Below, piece by piece: positions 1 to 7,940 of a stretch of 64,000 bases of DNA. Location of the stretch: positions 38,741-102,740 of IMG/VR virus record IMGVR_UViG_2896164284_000005. The stretch is one strand, 5' to 3'. The DNA is from a virus (Duplodnaviria > Caudoviricetes). Made by a program: the position numbers and the translations under genes. Position 1 is the first letter of the stretch. Every line of letters starts with the position of its first letter. The notes under the pieces were generated by a model that saw nothing but the letters and a program-made list of their open reading frames with translations, had not been told where the DNA came from and did no database searches.

Positions 1-77
1 TCGCTTCTCGTTTAGCCTACCAAAAAGCAAAAAAACAATAACCACAAAATCCCACTTCACAACGTGGGATTTTTTAT

Positions 78-106
78 TTGACAACCCAAAAACTTTATAC
101 TACTAT
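78..106 (+). promoter_or_regulatory. sigma70 promoter of c4-antirepressor operon A
   Basis: TTGACA(78-83)-17 bp-TACTAT(101-106). Confidence 0.75.
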
Positions 107-194
107 TCGCCTCAAGGTGTCGAAACCTTTTTCAAGTGGCGGTAGTAAACGGATCGCCAAAGTGCGGTCTTTTTTTATGCCGAAATCTCGTTAA

Positions 195-273
195 GTCGAG
201 AGGGCGACTAATACAATACCCGTAAGGGAAATACGTCCAGCCTAACCACTTGAAGGCTTTCGAACCTCTCGGC
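195..273 (+). ncRNA. c4-type antisense RNA (prophage A)
   Basis: Closing stem GTCGAGAGG/CCTCTCGGC; internal CCACTTGA and TTTCGA are complementary to TCAAGTGG (132-139, 308-315) and TCGAAA (120-125, 300-305), the downstream pair overlapping the antirepressor RBS. Confidence 0.75.
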
Positions 274-325
274 ACCATTTGTCGAAAAATGGTGAATTAT
301 CGAAATATCAAGTGGAGACAGTATT

Positions 326-1030
326 ATGTCAAACCTATCAATTCTTAAAACGTCTATTCGTACATACGAAAATCTTTACTCATTAAACGATCTTCATATT
401 GCTAGTGGATCTGAAAATAAACATCAACCAGCTTTATTTTTACGTTTAGATACAACACAAGAACTAATTAAAGAAATTGACCAAACTTCTGATCTACAGA
501 TCTGTAGATCAGTCAAATCACTACGCACAGGGCAAAACAAAGGAACTTGGGCTTGTGAAGAGCTTGTTATCGCTTACGCAATGTGGATCAGCCCAAAATT
601 CCACTTGGTCGTATTAAGAGCGTTCCTTGCGATGCATAAAGGCAAATTGCAAAACCAACCGCAACAACTTGTCCTACCCGAACCCGAGAAAAAATACACG
701 TTCGAGTTTACCGAAAATACTTGCTTACGCTTTGTGAGTATGTGGTTTGCACTCTACAACAACCTAGAGCTATTAGGACAACTACACCAACCATTAAGCA
801 ATATCGGCTCACATTTTGGCACAACCGCCTACACCCATTACACCGAATATAAAACGATACTCGGCACAATGAAAAGCGTCCTAGAGCCAATGACAAAAGA
901 GTTTAACCCTGACCCTAGAGACGAAGCACATTACTGCAAAGCACTCAAAACGCTACGCAGTTATCAATTACAAGGCTTGGCAAAAATCGTAAAACATCCA
1001 ACGCCACCAACGCGTAAATACGACTTCTAA
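326..1030 (+). CDS. KilA-N domain antirepressor-like protein
   Basis: KilA-N motifs YSLNDLH, GTW..EELVIAYAMWISPKFHL; C-terminal half nearly identical to 54393..55100. Confidence 0.85.
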   Translation: MSNLSILKTSIRTYENLYSLNDLHIASGSENKHQPALFLRLDTTQELIKEIDQTSDLQICRSVKSLRTGQNKGTWACEELVIAYAMWISPKFHLVVLRAFLAMHKGKLQNQPQQLVLPEPEKKYTFEFTENTCLRFVSMWFALYNNLELLGQLHQPLSNIGSHFGTTAYTHYTEYKTILGTMKSVLEPMTKEFNPDPRDEAHYCKALKTLRSYQLQGLAKIVKHPTPPTRKYDF

Positions 1031-1126
1031 AACCTAATCAAAACCGACCGCACTTTTCCCAACGAAAATCGTGTGGCGGTTTTCTACACCTAAATTTCGA
1101 CAAATTGAACAAAAAGGAACCAGAAA

Positions 1127-1660
1127 ATGACCATTAACAAACTTCATGTGATTAAAAAAGACGATATGTACATCGGTGAAATCATCCTTGACGGAAAAAT
1201 TGTTGAAACCATCCCTGCGCATCTTAATGCGTCAAATTGCGCACGAACCTTAAACGCCCGCGTAACACAAGTCGCTACGCTTAAAAATATCCAACTTCCC
1301 CGTCTTGTGGTTTCCAAGCCTGAAGAGCCTATTTATTTTGAGCTAACAAAAAACAGTTACAAAATTATCAAGAAAGCCAAAACCGACACAGTAAAAAAGG
1401 AAACGCCTGACGCGGTCACACAAACCGCACAACGCGTACCGCCTCACCCAAGTCCACTAAAACCAAAAGCGATACCGCGGGTAAGCCCTAGACGCAAGCC
1501 TTTTACACCCTATGGCTTAAACGGCTATTTAGTGGATAAAAACGGCAATATCCGCCTCATGCTAGACAGAAAAGCCAGTGCCAACACAATTGTACTTGAA
1601 CCGCAAATGTTCGAAGCATTAGCGGATATGGTGAAAATGACCCAATCACAAGGAGAATAA
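1127..1660 (+). CDS. Phage hypothetical protein
   Basis: 177-aa ORF with AAGGA RBS. Confidence 0.75.
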   Translation: MTINKLHVIKKDDMYIGEIILDGKIVETIPAHLNASNCARTLNARVTQVATLKNIQLPRLVVSKPEEPIYFELTKNSYKIIKKAKTDTVKKETPDAVTQTAQRVPPHPSPLKPKAIPRVSPRRKPFTPYGLNGYLVDKNGNIRLMLDRKASANTIVLEPQMFEALADMVKMTQSQGE

Positions 1661-1662
1661 CC

Positions 1663-1923
1663 ATGCCTAATTTTATTGAAGAACTGCTAGAAATATTAAA
1701 AAGCGTACTGGCAGTGTTAGTCATCATCCTAACCGCACTTATGCTCATATCATTATTTCATCCGGCTTTTGGCGCGACACCTGCGGAAGAATGTGACATA
1801 AAAGGCGGTATCTGGACTAAAACCTACTGCGCACCACCTGATATGAACGATGAAGAAATCACCTATGCACAACGTTACACAATCTTGAAAGAAATCGAAA
1901 TGCGAGAAATGAAAGATGATTGA
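1663..1923 (+). CDS. Small exported/membrane phage protein
   Basis: N-terminal hydrophobic segment; C-terminus shared with 55197..55454. Confidence 0.75.
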   Translation: MPNFIEELLEILKSVLAVLVIILTALMLISLFHPAFGATPAEECDIKGGIWTKTYCAPPDMNDEEITYAQRYTILKEIEMREMKDD

Positions 1924-2071
1924 TTACTACTACGACAATGTGTTTTTAGCACCGCCTGAAGACGAAGAAGATCGAATTGATGATGAAGATTTCGCAGAAC
2001 CTGATGACAATTTTGAGCCTTACGATGATGATTGTGATTACTGGAAATCAAACTGCTATGGCAGGGGGTAA
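1916..2071 (+). CDS. Very acidic 51-aa protein (not in ORF track)
   Basis: Hand-translated MIDYYYDNVFLAPPEDEEDRIDDEDFAEPDDNFEPYDDDCDYWKSNCYGRG; fills the gap between coupled genes; N-terminus shared with 55704..56003. Confidence 0.7.
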   Translation: MIDYYYDNVFLAPPEDEEDRIDDEDFAEPDDNFEPYDDDCDYWKSNCYGRG

Positions 2072-2073
2072 AG

Positions 2074-2259
2074 ATGATTTATGAAGAATTAGAAGATGGT
2101 GAACTCATCATCATTGATAGAAAAAAAATTGACACGGCTTATATTGAAAAGTGCGGTCAAAATTTAAATGAATTTGAAAACTGGCTTTTCAGTGGTGTGA
2201 TTAACCCTGTAGACGTACAAGACGCGTTAAATCGTTTTTATGAAGAACTCCCCTTTTAA
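2074..2259 (+). CDS. Phage hypothetical protein
   Basis: 61-aa ORF in operon context. Confidence 0.65.
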   Translation: MIYEELEDGELIIIDRKKIDTAYIEKCGQNLNEFENWLFSGVINPVDVQDALNRFYEELPF

Positions 2260-2269
2260 GGATAAGAAA

Positions 2270-2770
2270 ATGAAACTCTATGAAATTGCCACGCAATATC
2301 AAAACATCGCGGAATTATTAGCCGATCCTGAATTTGCTGATAATCAAGACATTACGACCGCACTTGATAACATCGAAGATGATTTTAACAACAAAGCGGT
2401 GAATGTGGTTAAGGCAATCAATATCGCTGAACACGATATAGACGCAATTGATTCAGAAATTAAACGCTTAACCGCAATGAAAAAGGCACGCCAAAACCGC
2501 ATTGATGAAATCAAAAATTACTTGAAATTCAATATGCAAAAAACAGGCATTTACAAAATCGAATGTCCGCTTTTTAAAATCAGTTACAGCGAACGCGCGC
2601 AAAGTGCGGTAGAAATTGATGAAAAGTTATTTATGGATAACAACATTAACGAAGATTTTGTAAACGTCAAAATCACACCGAACAAAACCGCGATTAAAGA
2701 CGCGCTAAAACGTGGTGAAAATGTGATAGGCGCAAAACTGGTCGATAGCCAAGTGTTAACGATTAAATGA
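2270..2770 (+). CDS. Siphovirus Gp157-family protein
   Basis: MKLYEIA start after AAGGA; coiled coil and PNKTAIKDALKRGENVIGAKL C-terminus. Confidence 0.85.
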   Translation: MKLYEIATQYQNIAELLADPEFADNQDITTALDNIEDDFNNKAVNVVKAINIAEHDIDAIDSEIKRLTAMKKARQNRIDEIKNYLKFNMQKTGIYKIECPLFKISYSERAQSAVEIDEKLFMDNNINEDFVNVKITPNKTAIKDALKRGENVIGAKLVDSQVLTIK

Positions 2771-2784
2771 TAGGTGTAAAAATA

Positions 2785-3525
2785 ATGAGTATAGCAACTT
2801 TAATTCTTGGGGAAAGCGGAACAGGTAAATCCACCAGTTTACGCAATCTTGATCCGACAAAAGTGAGCGTTTATCAGTGTGCAAAGAAACCTTTACCGTT
2901 TAAATCTAAAGGTTGGAAAGATAGCGTGTTTTCTTATGATGATCTCAAAATAGTACACGTTCCTAAATTGGATAAAAATAATAAACCAACAGGTGAAAAA
3001 ATTGAGCAAATTCTTACGCCAGAACAAGCAATAACACGCTTTTTATTAAATAGCAAAAAAGACATTCTAATTATAGATGATTTCCAATATCTAATGAGTT
3101 TTGAATTTATGGATACGATTGGAATGGATAAGAGCAAAGGTGCTAGTTATGACCGATTTAATAATATTGGCAACAACGCATTTCGCATACTACGCTTAGC
3201 ATCACAACTTCCAGATCATAAAAGAGTTTACATCCTTAATCACGTTGAAACTGATGATTTCGGCAAAATTAGATTTAAAACAATTGGTAAGCTCTTAGAC
3301 AAAATGATTGTGCCTGAAGGTTTATTCAGCCTTTCAATGAGAACTCAAATAGATAAAGACGGTTACCACTTCCGCACAAAAAATAACGGAGAAGATACCG
3401 TTAAAACACCAATGGGAATGTTTGAATTTGAACTTATCGACAACGATTTGAAATTCGTTGATGAAATGATTTGTGATTATTACGACATTGAAACAACAGA
3501 AACCACTCAACCAGAAGGAAATTAA
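2785..3525 (+). CDS. Sak4-like AAA ATPase / single-strand annealing protein
   Basis: Walker A GESGTGKS, Walker B IIDD; lies between Gp157 and SSB-like genes. Confidence 0.8.
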   Translation: MSIATLILGESGTGKSTSLRNLDPTKVSVYQCAKKPLPFKSKGWKDSVFSYDDLKIVHVPKLDKNNKPTGEKIEQILTPEQAITRFLLNSKKDILIIDDFQYLMSFEFMDTIGMDKSKGASYDRFNNIGNNAFRILRLASQLPDHKRVYILNHVETDDFGKIRFKTIGKLLDKMIVPEGLFSLSMRTQIDKDGYHFRTKNNGEDTVKTPMGMFEFELIDNDLKFVDEMICDYYDIETTETTQPEGN

Positions 3526-3527
3526 CA

Positions 3528-4166
3528 ATGACCCAACCTATTTTCACTTACAACCAAGAACAAGCAGTTAAAGCAGGTAATTCAGCATTTATCAGCGAAA
3601 CAGGGGCTTATAACTGTAAAATCATCAGTGCGGAATATGTCCAATCTCAAGGTGGTGCGTTATCCCTTGAATTTAGCGTAGAAACGCAAGAGGGGTTAAA
3701 AGGCAATTATCTCTCTGTTTATTATCAAGGCAAAGACGGACAACCACTGCAAGGCGGTCAAAATATGATACAGGCAATTATGGGCTGTACCGGTGTTCAA
3801 GTATTAACACAACAATTCAAAGACGGTAGAGCCTATGCCCCTGAATTAAGCGGTAAGTATGTGGGCTTGATGTTGCAAAAAGTCTTACGCACCAAACAAA
3901 ATGGCTCAGATACCTACGGATTTAGTATTCTCTGCCCATACTTCATAAAAACCAAAAAAACCTTATCAGAACACATCGAAGACAAACCAGCAGAACGTAT
4001 TCAATGGCTTGTTGAGCATACGAAAGATAAGGACGAACGAGACAAACAACAAAACCAACAACAAGGCTACCAAGCCCAACATCAATTCTACGGACAACAG
4101 GCAACACAGCCTAACTCACCGCAACAGCTTCCAGTAGATAATTTTGATGATGATATTCCGTTCTGA
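3528..4166 (+). CDS. Phage ssDNA-binding protein (DUF669-like)
   Basis: Gln-rich linker and acidic FDDDIPF tail. Confidence 0.75.
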   Translation: MTQPIFTYNQEQAVKAGNSAFISETGAYNCKIISAEYVQSQGGALSLEFSVETQEGLKGNYLSVYYQGKDGQPLQGGQNMIQAIMGCTGVQVLTQQFKDGRAYAPELSGKYVGLMLQKVLRTKQNGSDTYGFSILCPYFIKTKKTLSEHIEDKPAERIQWLVEHTKDKDERDKQQNQQQGYQAQHQFYGQQATQPNSPQQLPVDNFDDDIPF

Positions 4167-4180
4167 ATTTAAGGGCGTCA

Positions 4181-4369
4181 TTACGCCCTTTTTTGAGATT
4201 GCTTAAACAGCTCAACGGCTTGAATAATCAACTGATTTTGTGGAATGTTTAATTGCGTACTTAACTGCTCGATTTCGGCAATCACAACTAAAGGAAGTTT
4301 GAACGCCTTGAGTTTAATACCGTGTTTTTCCTCACTGCGTCTAACAATTTCTGTTCTTGACATCGCCAT
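4181..4369 (-). CDS. Ribbon-helix-helix-like small DNA-binding protein
   Basis: KLKAFKLP strand followed by two helices; near-identical copy at 60107..60295. Confidence 0.65.
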   Translation of the reverse strand: MAMSRTEIVRRSEEKHGIKLKAFKLPLVVIAEIEQLSTQLNIPQNQLIIQAVELFKQSQKRA

Positions 4370-4550
4370 AATAAATCCTTAACATTAGTTTTGAAGAACG
4401 AGAGAGATTTCTCCCTCTCGTTAAATTATCATCAAATTAGTAAGCTGGCGAGCTAAGTACTAACAAGATGATAACTAGGATAATGTATTTAAACATTTGA
4501 TTATCCTCTTCAAAGTTGGGTAGATTAAAGGTCAGACCCAGCTCGTTTTC
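4357..4550 (+). ncRNA. sib: Sib-like antisense RNA and its promoter (3' end approximate)
   Basis: TTGACA(4357-62)-17-TAACAT(4380-85) fires across the ibs ORF; 5' hairpin CGAGAGAGATTTCTCCCTCTCG. Confidence 0.6.
4437..4496 (-). CDS. ibs: Ibs-family type I toxin (19 aa)
   Basis: MFKYIILVIILLVLSSPAY with AGAGGA RBS; matches Ibs length, hydrophobic core and terminal S..AY. Confidence 0.85.
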   Translation of the reverse strand: MFKYIILVIILLVLSSPAY

Positions 4551-4616
4551 AGCATTATTACTGAAAACAAAATCATTATAAGTTAGTTATCTAACCGAAT
4601 CAAGTATTATTTCACT

Positions 4617-4647
4617 AAGCCATCGTTTTTACGGTGGCTTTTTTATT
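4617..4647 (+). terminator. Intrinsic terminator
   Basis: AAGCCATCG-TTTTTA-CGGTGGCTT followed by T tract. Confidence 0.7.
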
Positions 4648-4740
4648 GCAACATTTTCACCAAAACCAACCGCTTGTCGCAATACAGGCGGTTTTTTATT
4701 ACCCAAAATCAACAACCAATCCAAAAATAGGAGAACTCAA

Positions 4741-5097
4741 ATGAGCAACTTAACCCCATTTAGTCAAACTTTATCAAAACTCAACCGTGGAGAACTTAAC
4801 GATGAACTAACCGATGTATTAGCTGAAGTCGTCAAAGCCGTGCGTTCAACACGCAAACAAGGTTCAGTTACTCTAACCTTGAATGTTGCAATGCTGAACA
4901 CTCGCACAGAAGATTCAATAAAAATCACACCTAAAGTCAGCCATAAAATTCCTGAACTTGATCGTGAAGAAAGTATTGTCTTTTCAACTGCTGGTGGTGA
5001 CGTGTTATTTGATGACCCGAATCAATTAAAAATGGACTTAAAAGCTGTTGAAGAAAAACCAAAAGGTCAGCTCAAAGTTTTAAACCCAGCTGCTTAA
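4741..5097 (+). CDS. Phage protein (YfdP-like partner of DUF2303)
   Basis: 118 aa; usual upstream neighbour of DUF2303 genes. Confidence 0.6.
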   Translation: MSNLTPFSQTLSKLNRGELNDELTDVLAEVVKAVRSTRKQGSVTLTLNVAMLNTRTEDSIKITPKVSHKIPELDREESIVFSTAGGDVLFDDPNQLKMDLKAVEEKPKGQLKVLNPAA

Positions 5098-5135
5098 TCT
5101 AAACATTATTAACTTAAAATAGAAGGAATCCTTAT

Positions 5136-5933
5136 ATGGAACAAATTATCAAAGAAATCGCAAGCCTAGCTTCAAATGGTTTAAATGTTGGCGCATTTGC
5201 AGGTACGCCTGCAATTCTTGCCCGTGATGATTTTGACATTAAGTCATTAGAACATTTACAACCGACACCGAATCGTATCCGCCAAGCTGTTACAGTTTCT
5301 ACGGCTAAATCGCTCATTGATTACGTTAATAAATTCAAAGTTGATGGCACATCAATTTTCTGTGATTTAGAAAAATTAAACGTGAAAGCCATTTTTGACT
5401 ATCACGCAAACCCAAGCGAAGCACGCTGGGGCGATCATACAGCCAGTTACACTTGCCCACATTCAAAAGATTGGAAGGCTTGGAGCGGTAAGAATAAAAG
5501 TGCAATGAGTCAAATTGAATTTGCTCAATTCATTGAAAATAACATTCATTGCGTAGCAAGTGAAGGTAACGTAGCAAGTGGCGCTGAACTACTAGCTATG
5601 GTGCTTACCTTTGAAGAAACTCGTAAATCTGAATTTAAATCGGTGCAGCGTTTACAAGATGGCACAATGTCATTTGCTTTCACAGATGAAAAAACTGGTG
5701 GTGGTAAAACACGCCTGCCAGAAGAAATCATCTTAGGTTTACAACCATTCCACAATGGCGATTACTACCAAATTAAGGCTCGCATTCGTTATCGTATCAA
5801 AGATGGTTTATTAAATTTATGGTATGAACTCATCAATCCTGAAAAAGTGATTGAAGATGCGTTTAATACTACGATTGAAAATCTGAAAGCGAATATTCCT
5901 GATGTGGATTTCTACGAAGGGAATTTAGCATAA
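5136..5933 (+). CDS. DUF2303 (YfdQ-like) protein
   Basis: IFDYH..WGDH, MSQIEFAQFIENN, ARIRYR motifs. Confidence 0.8.
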   Translation: MEQIIKEIASLASNGLNVGAFAGTPAILARDDFDIKSLEHLQPTPNRIRQAVTVSTAKSLIDYVNKFKVDGTSIFCDLEKLNVKAIFDYHANPSEARWGDHTASYTCPHSKDWKAWSGKNKSAMSQIEFAQFIENNIHCVASEGNVASGAELLAMVLTFEETRKSEFKSVQRLQDGTMSFAFTDEKTGGGKTRLPEEIILGLQPFHNGDYYQIKARIRYRIKDGLLNLWYELINPEKVIEDAFNTTIENLKANIPDVDFYEGNLA

Positions 5934-5992
5934 TTATAAAACAAAACCGCTTGGAAGTAATTTCAAGCGGTTTTCATTAATGGTAATGAAAA

Positions 5993-6673
5993 ATGATTTC
6001 AGAGAAAGACAAACAAGCAATTTTGAACGGTGCATACTGTGTAAGTCGTAAAGGTTATAAATGTAAATTCGTAGGTAATGCAGCCAATACTGACGATTAC
6101 ACGCATACATTTATTTACCTCAATAAAGAGGGGCTAATATACACTTTGATGAAATTGAATCATAATTTTAAAAACTATGAAAAAATGGATTCTGATTTTG
6201 ATGTTGTAGGTCTATGGGAAGACAAACCAGAACCTTTTAATTTAGATAAAGCATTAGCTGGTGAGCCAGTGATGGTTAGAAGTGGAAAAAAAGCATATAT
6301 AACTGCTATGCCTCCTGAATATAAAGGTCAATACCCACTTATGGGATATGTTGTTGAACCTGAAAATGTAAATGGTATTGAATCTTACTCATGGACTTTA
6401 AAAGGTAGAAGTAGCTTGCGTACTCAATCACATCAATATGATATTGTTGGCATGTGGAAAGAGCCTGAATCTGTATCAAACACCGTAACTTTAACTCTAC
6501 CTTGCTCATTAAGAGAACCTAAAGATGCGATGTGGGTTGTCTACCCGTATGGCTGTAATAAATCAGTTTACGGTAAAGATATTACATCAGATATCTTTGC
6601 TCAAGGACCTTACTTTGCCTCAAAAGCAGACGCTCAAGCGTGGTTTGACGCAATGCAGAACAATCGCAGATAA
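5993..6673 (+). CDS. Phage hypothetical protein with internal duplication
   Basis: Repeated DVVGLWE/DIVGMWKE segments. Confidence 0.75.
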   Translation: MISEKDKQAILNGAYCVSRKGYKCKFVGNAANTDDYTHTFIYLNKEGLIYTLMKLNHNFKNYEKMDSDFDVVGLWEDKPEPFNLDKALAGEPVMVRSGKKAYITAMPPEYKGQYPLMGYVVEPENVNGIESYSWTLKGRSSLRTQSHQYDIVGMWKEPESVSNTVTLTLPCSLREPKDAMWVVYPYGCNKSVYGKDITSDIFAQGPYFASKADAQAWFDAMQNNRR

Positions 6674-6711
6674 ACCGCCTAGTGCGGTTTTGTTATTTTA
6701 GGGAGTAATAA

Positions 6712-7281
6712 ATGAAAAATTTTACCCAATCATTCTTAAATAGCATTCAAGAGCATCAACTTACTATTCTTGAAAATTCAGAAAACGTTAAATGTTTCAA
6801 AATGGCAAGACCTCATACTATTGCTATGTCGTTTACTGTTATTTACGCAGATAACAAGGTAATTATTACTGGCGATATGGGGCATTACGTGTTTGGTTAC
6901 TTGTCAAATCCTTATGATTTTTTTCTTAGCGAAAGTACATTAAATGCAAGCTATATCGCCCAAAAAGTCATTTCTCAAGATACTGTACGTCCAGTTCAGA
7001 AATACGATTCAGTTGTAGCAGAGCAAGAAATTCGTAGAGCAATTCACGAATATGCGGATTTTGATTTATCAAAAGAACTTTATGAATCGTTAGAAAACAT
7101 CGATTTTGAGTCAGAACATGAAGTAGAACACTGGCTTTACTCACTAGAAGATAAAGCTAGAGATGTTTTCAATGAAGTAAATATGAGTGATTTTACGGTA
7201 TTAAGTGATAATTTTAGCTGGTGTATTCAAGCTATCGCTTGGGCAACAAGAGAATTTGATAAAGTGGTGTACAATGACTAA
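6712..7281 (+). CDS. Phage hypothetical protein
   Basis: 189 aa, GGGAG RBS, ITGDMG motif. Confidence 0.75.
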   Translation: MKNFTQSFLNSIQEHQLTILENSENVKCFKMARPHTIAMSFTVIYADNKVIITGDMGHYVFGYLSNPYDFFLSESTLNASYIAQKVISQDTVRPVQKYDSVVAEQEIRRAIHEYADFDLSKELYESLENIDFESEHEVEHWLYSLEDKARDVFNEVNMSDFTVLSDNFSWCIQAIAWATREFDKVVYND

Positions 7282-7858
7282 AGAAAACAACGGCTGGATT
7301 AGTGTTGAGGGGTATGAAGATTGTTATGAAATAAATGCTATTGGACAAATTAGAAGTATAGAACGACTAATTTATAAATCTAATGGGACAATGCAACGAC
7401 TTAAAAGCAAGATATTAAAAACTCATTTAAATTCGTCTGGCTATCCTGTATTGCGATTAAGTAATTTAACAAACGGAAAGCGTGAAATGGTTAGGCTTCA
7501 TAGATTATTAGCTAAACATTTTATACCTAATCCAGAAAATAAACCTGAAGTAAACCATATTGATGGAGACAAACAAAATTTTTCTCTATCGAATTTAGAA
7601 TGGGTAACACCAAGAGAAAATCGAAAACATGCTTGGGACTCCGGACTTAGAACACGGGAGCATTTGCCAGTACATTATGGAGAAAATAAATACAATTCTA
7701 AGTTAACAAATAATAAAGTAATAGAAATGAGAAAATTAAGAGATTCGGGAGTCTCTTACAGCAAAATCGCAAAATTATTTTCTATACATAAGACTACTGC
7801 GATGAACGCAATAAATGGAATTACTTGGAAATTTGTCCCACCGCCACCAACAAAATAA
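7274..7858 (+). CDS. NUMOD4-HNH homing endonuclease
   Basis: GYEDCYEINAIGQIRS (NUMOD4); LHRLLA..F..VNHIDGDKQN..NLEW..EN..HA (HNH); C-terminal HTH; ATG 7274 overlaps upstream gene end. Confidence 0.9.
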   Translation: MTKENNGWISVEGYEDCYEINAIGQIRSIERLIYKSNGTMQRLKSKILKTHLNSSGYPVLRLSNLTNGKREMVRLHRLLAKHFIPNPENKPEVNHIDGDKQNFSLSNLEWVTPRENRKHAWDSGLRTREHLPVHYGENKYNSKLTNNKVIEMRKLRDSGVSYSKIAKLFSIHKTTAMNAINGITWKFVPPPPTK

Positions 7859-7940
7859 CCAATACAGCCCACAAACGTGGGCTTTTTAATTAACAAAATC
7901 AGACCGCTCTTTATGGGCGGTTTTCTTTTATGGAGAAAAA

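Noticed and set aside
160-168. Recurrent AAGTGCGGT/ACCGCACTT and ACCGCTTG words as operators
   Set aside because: These are Pasteurellaceae DNA uptake signal sequences, often forming terminator stems
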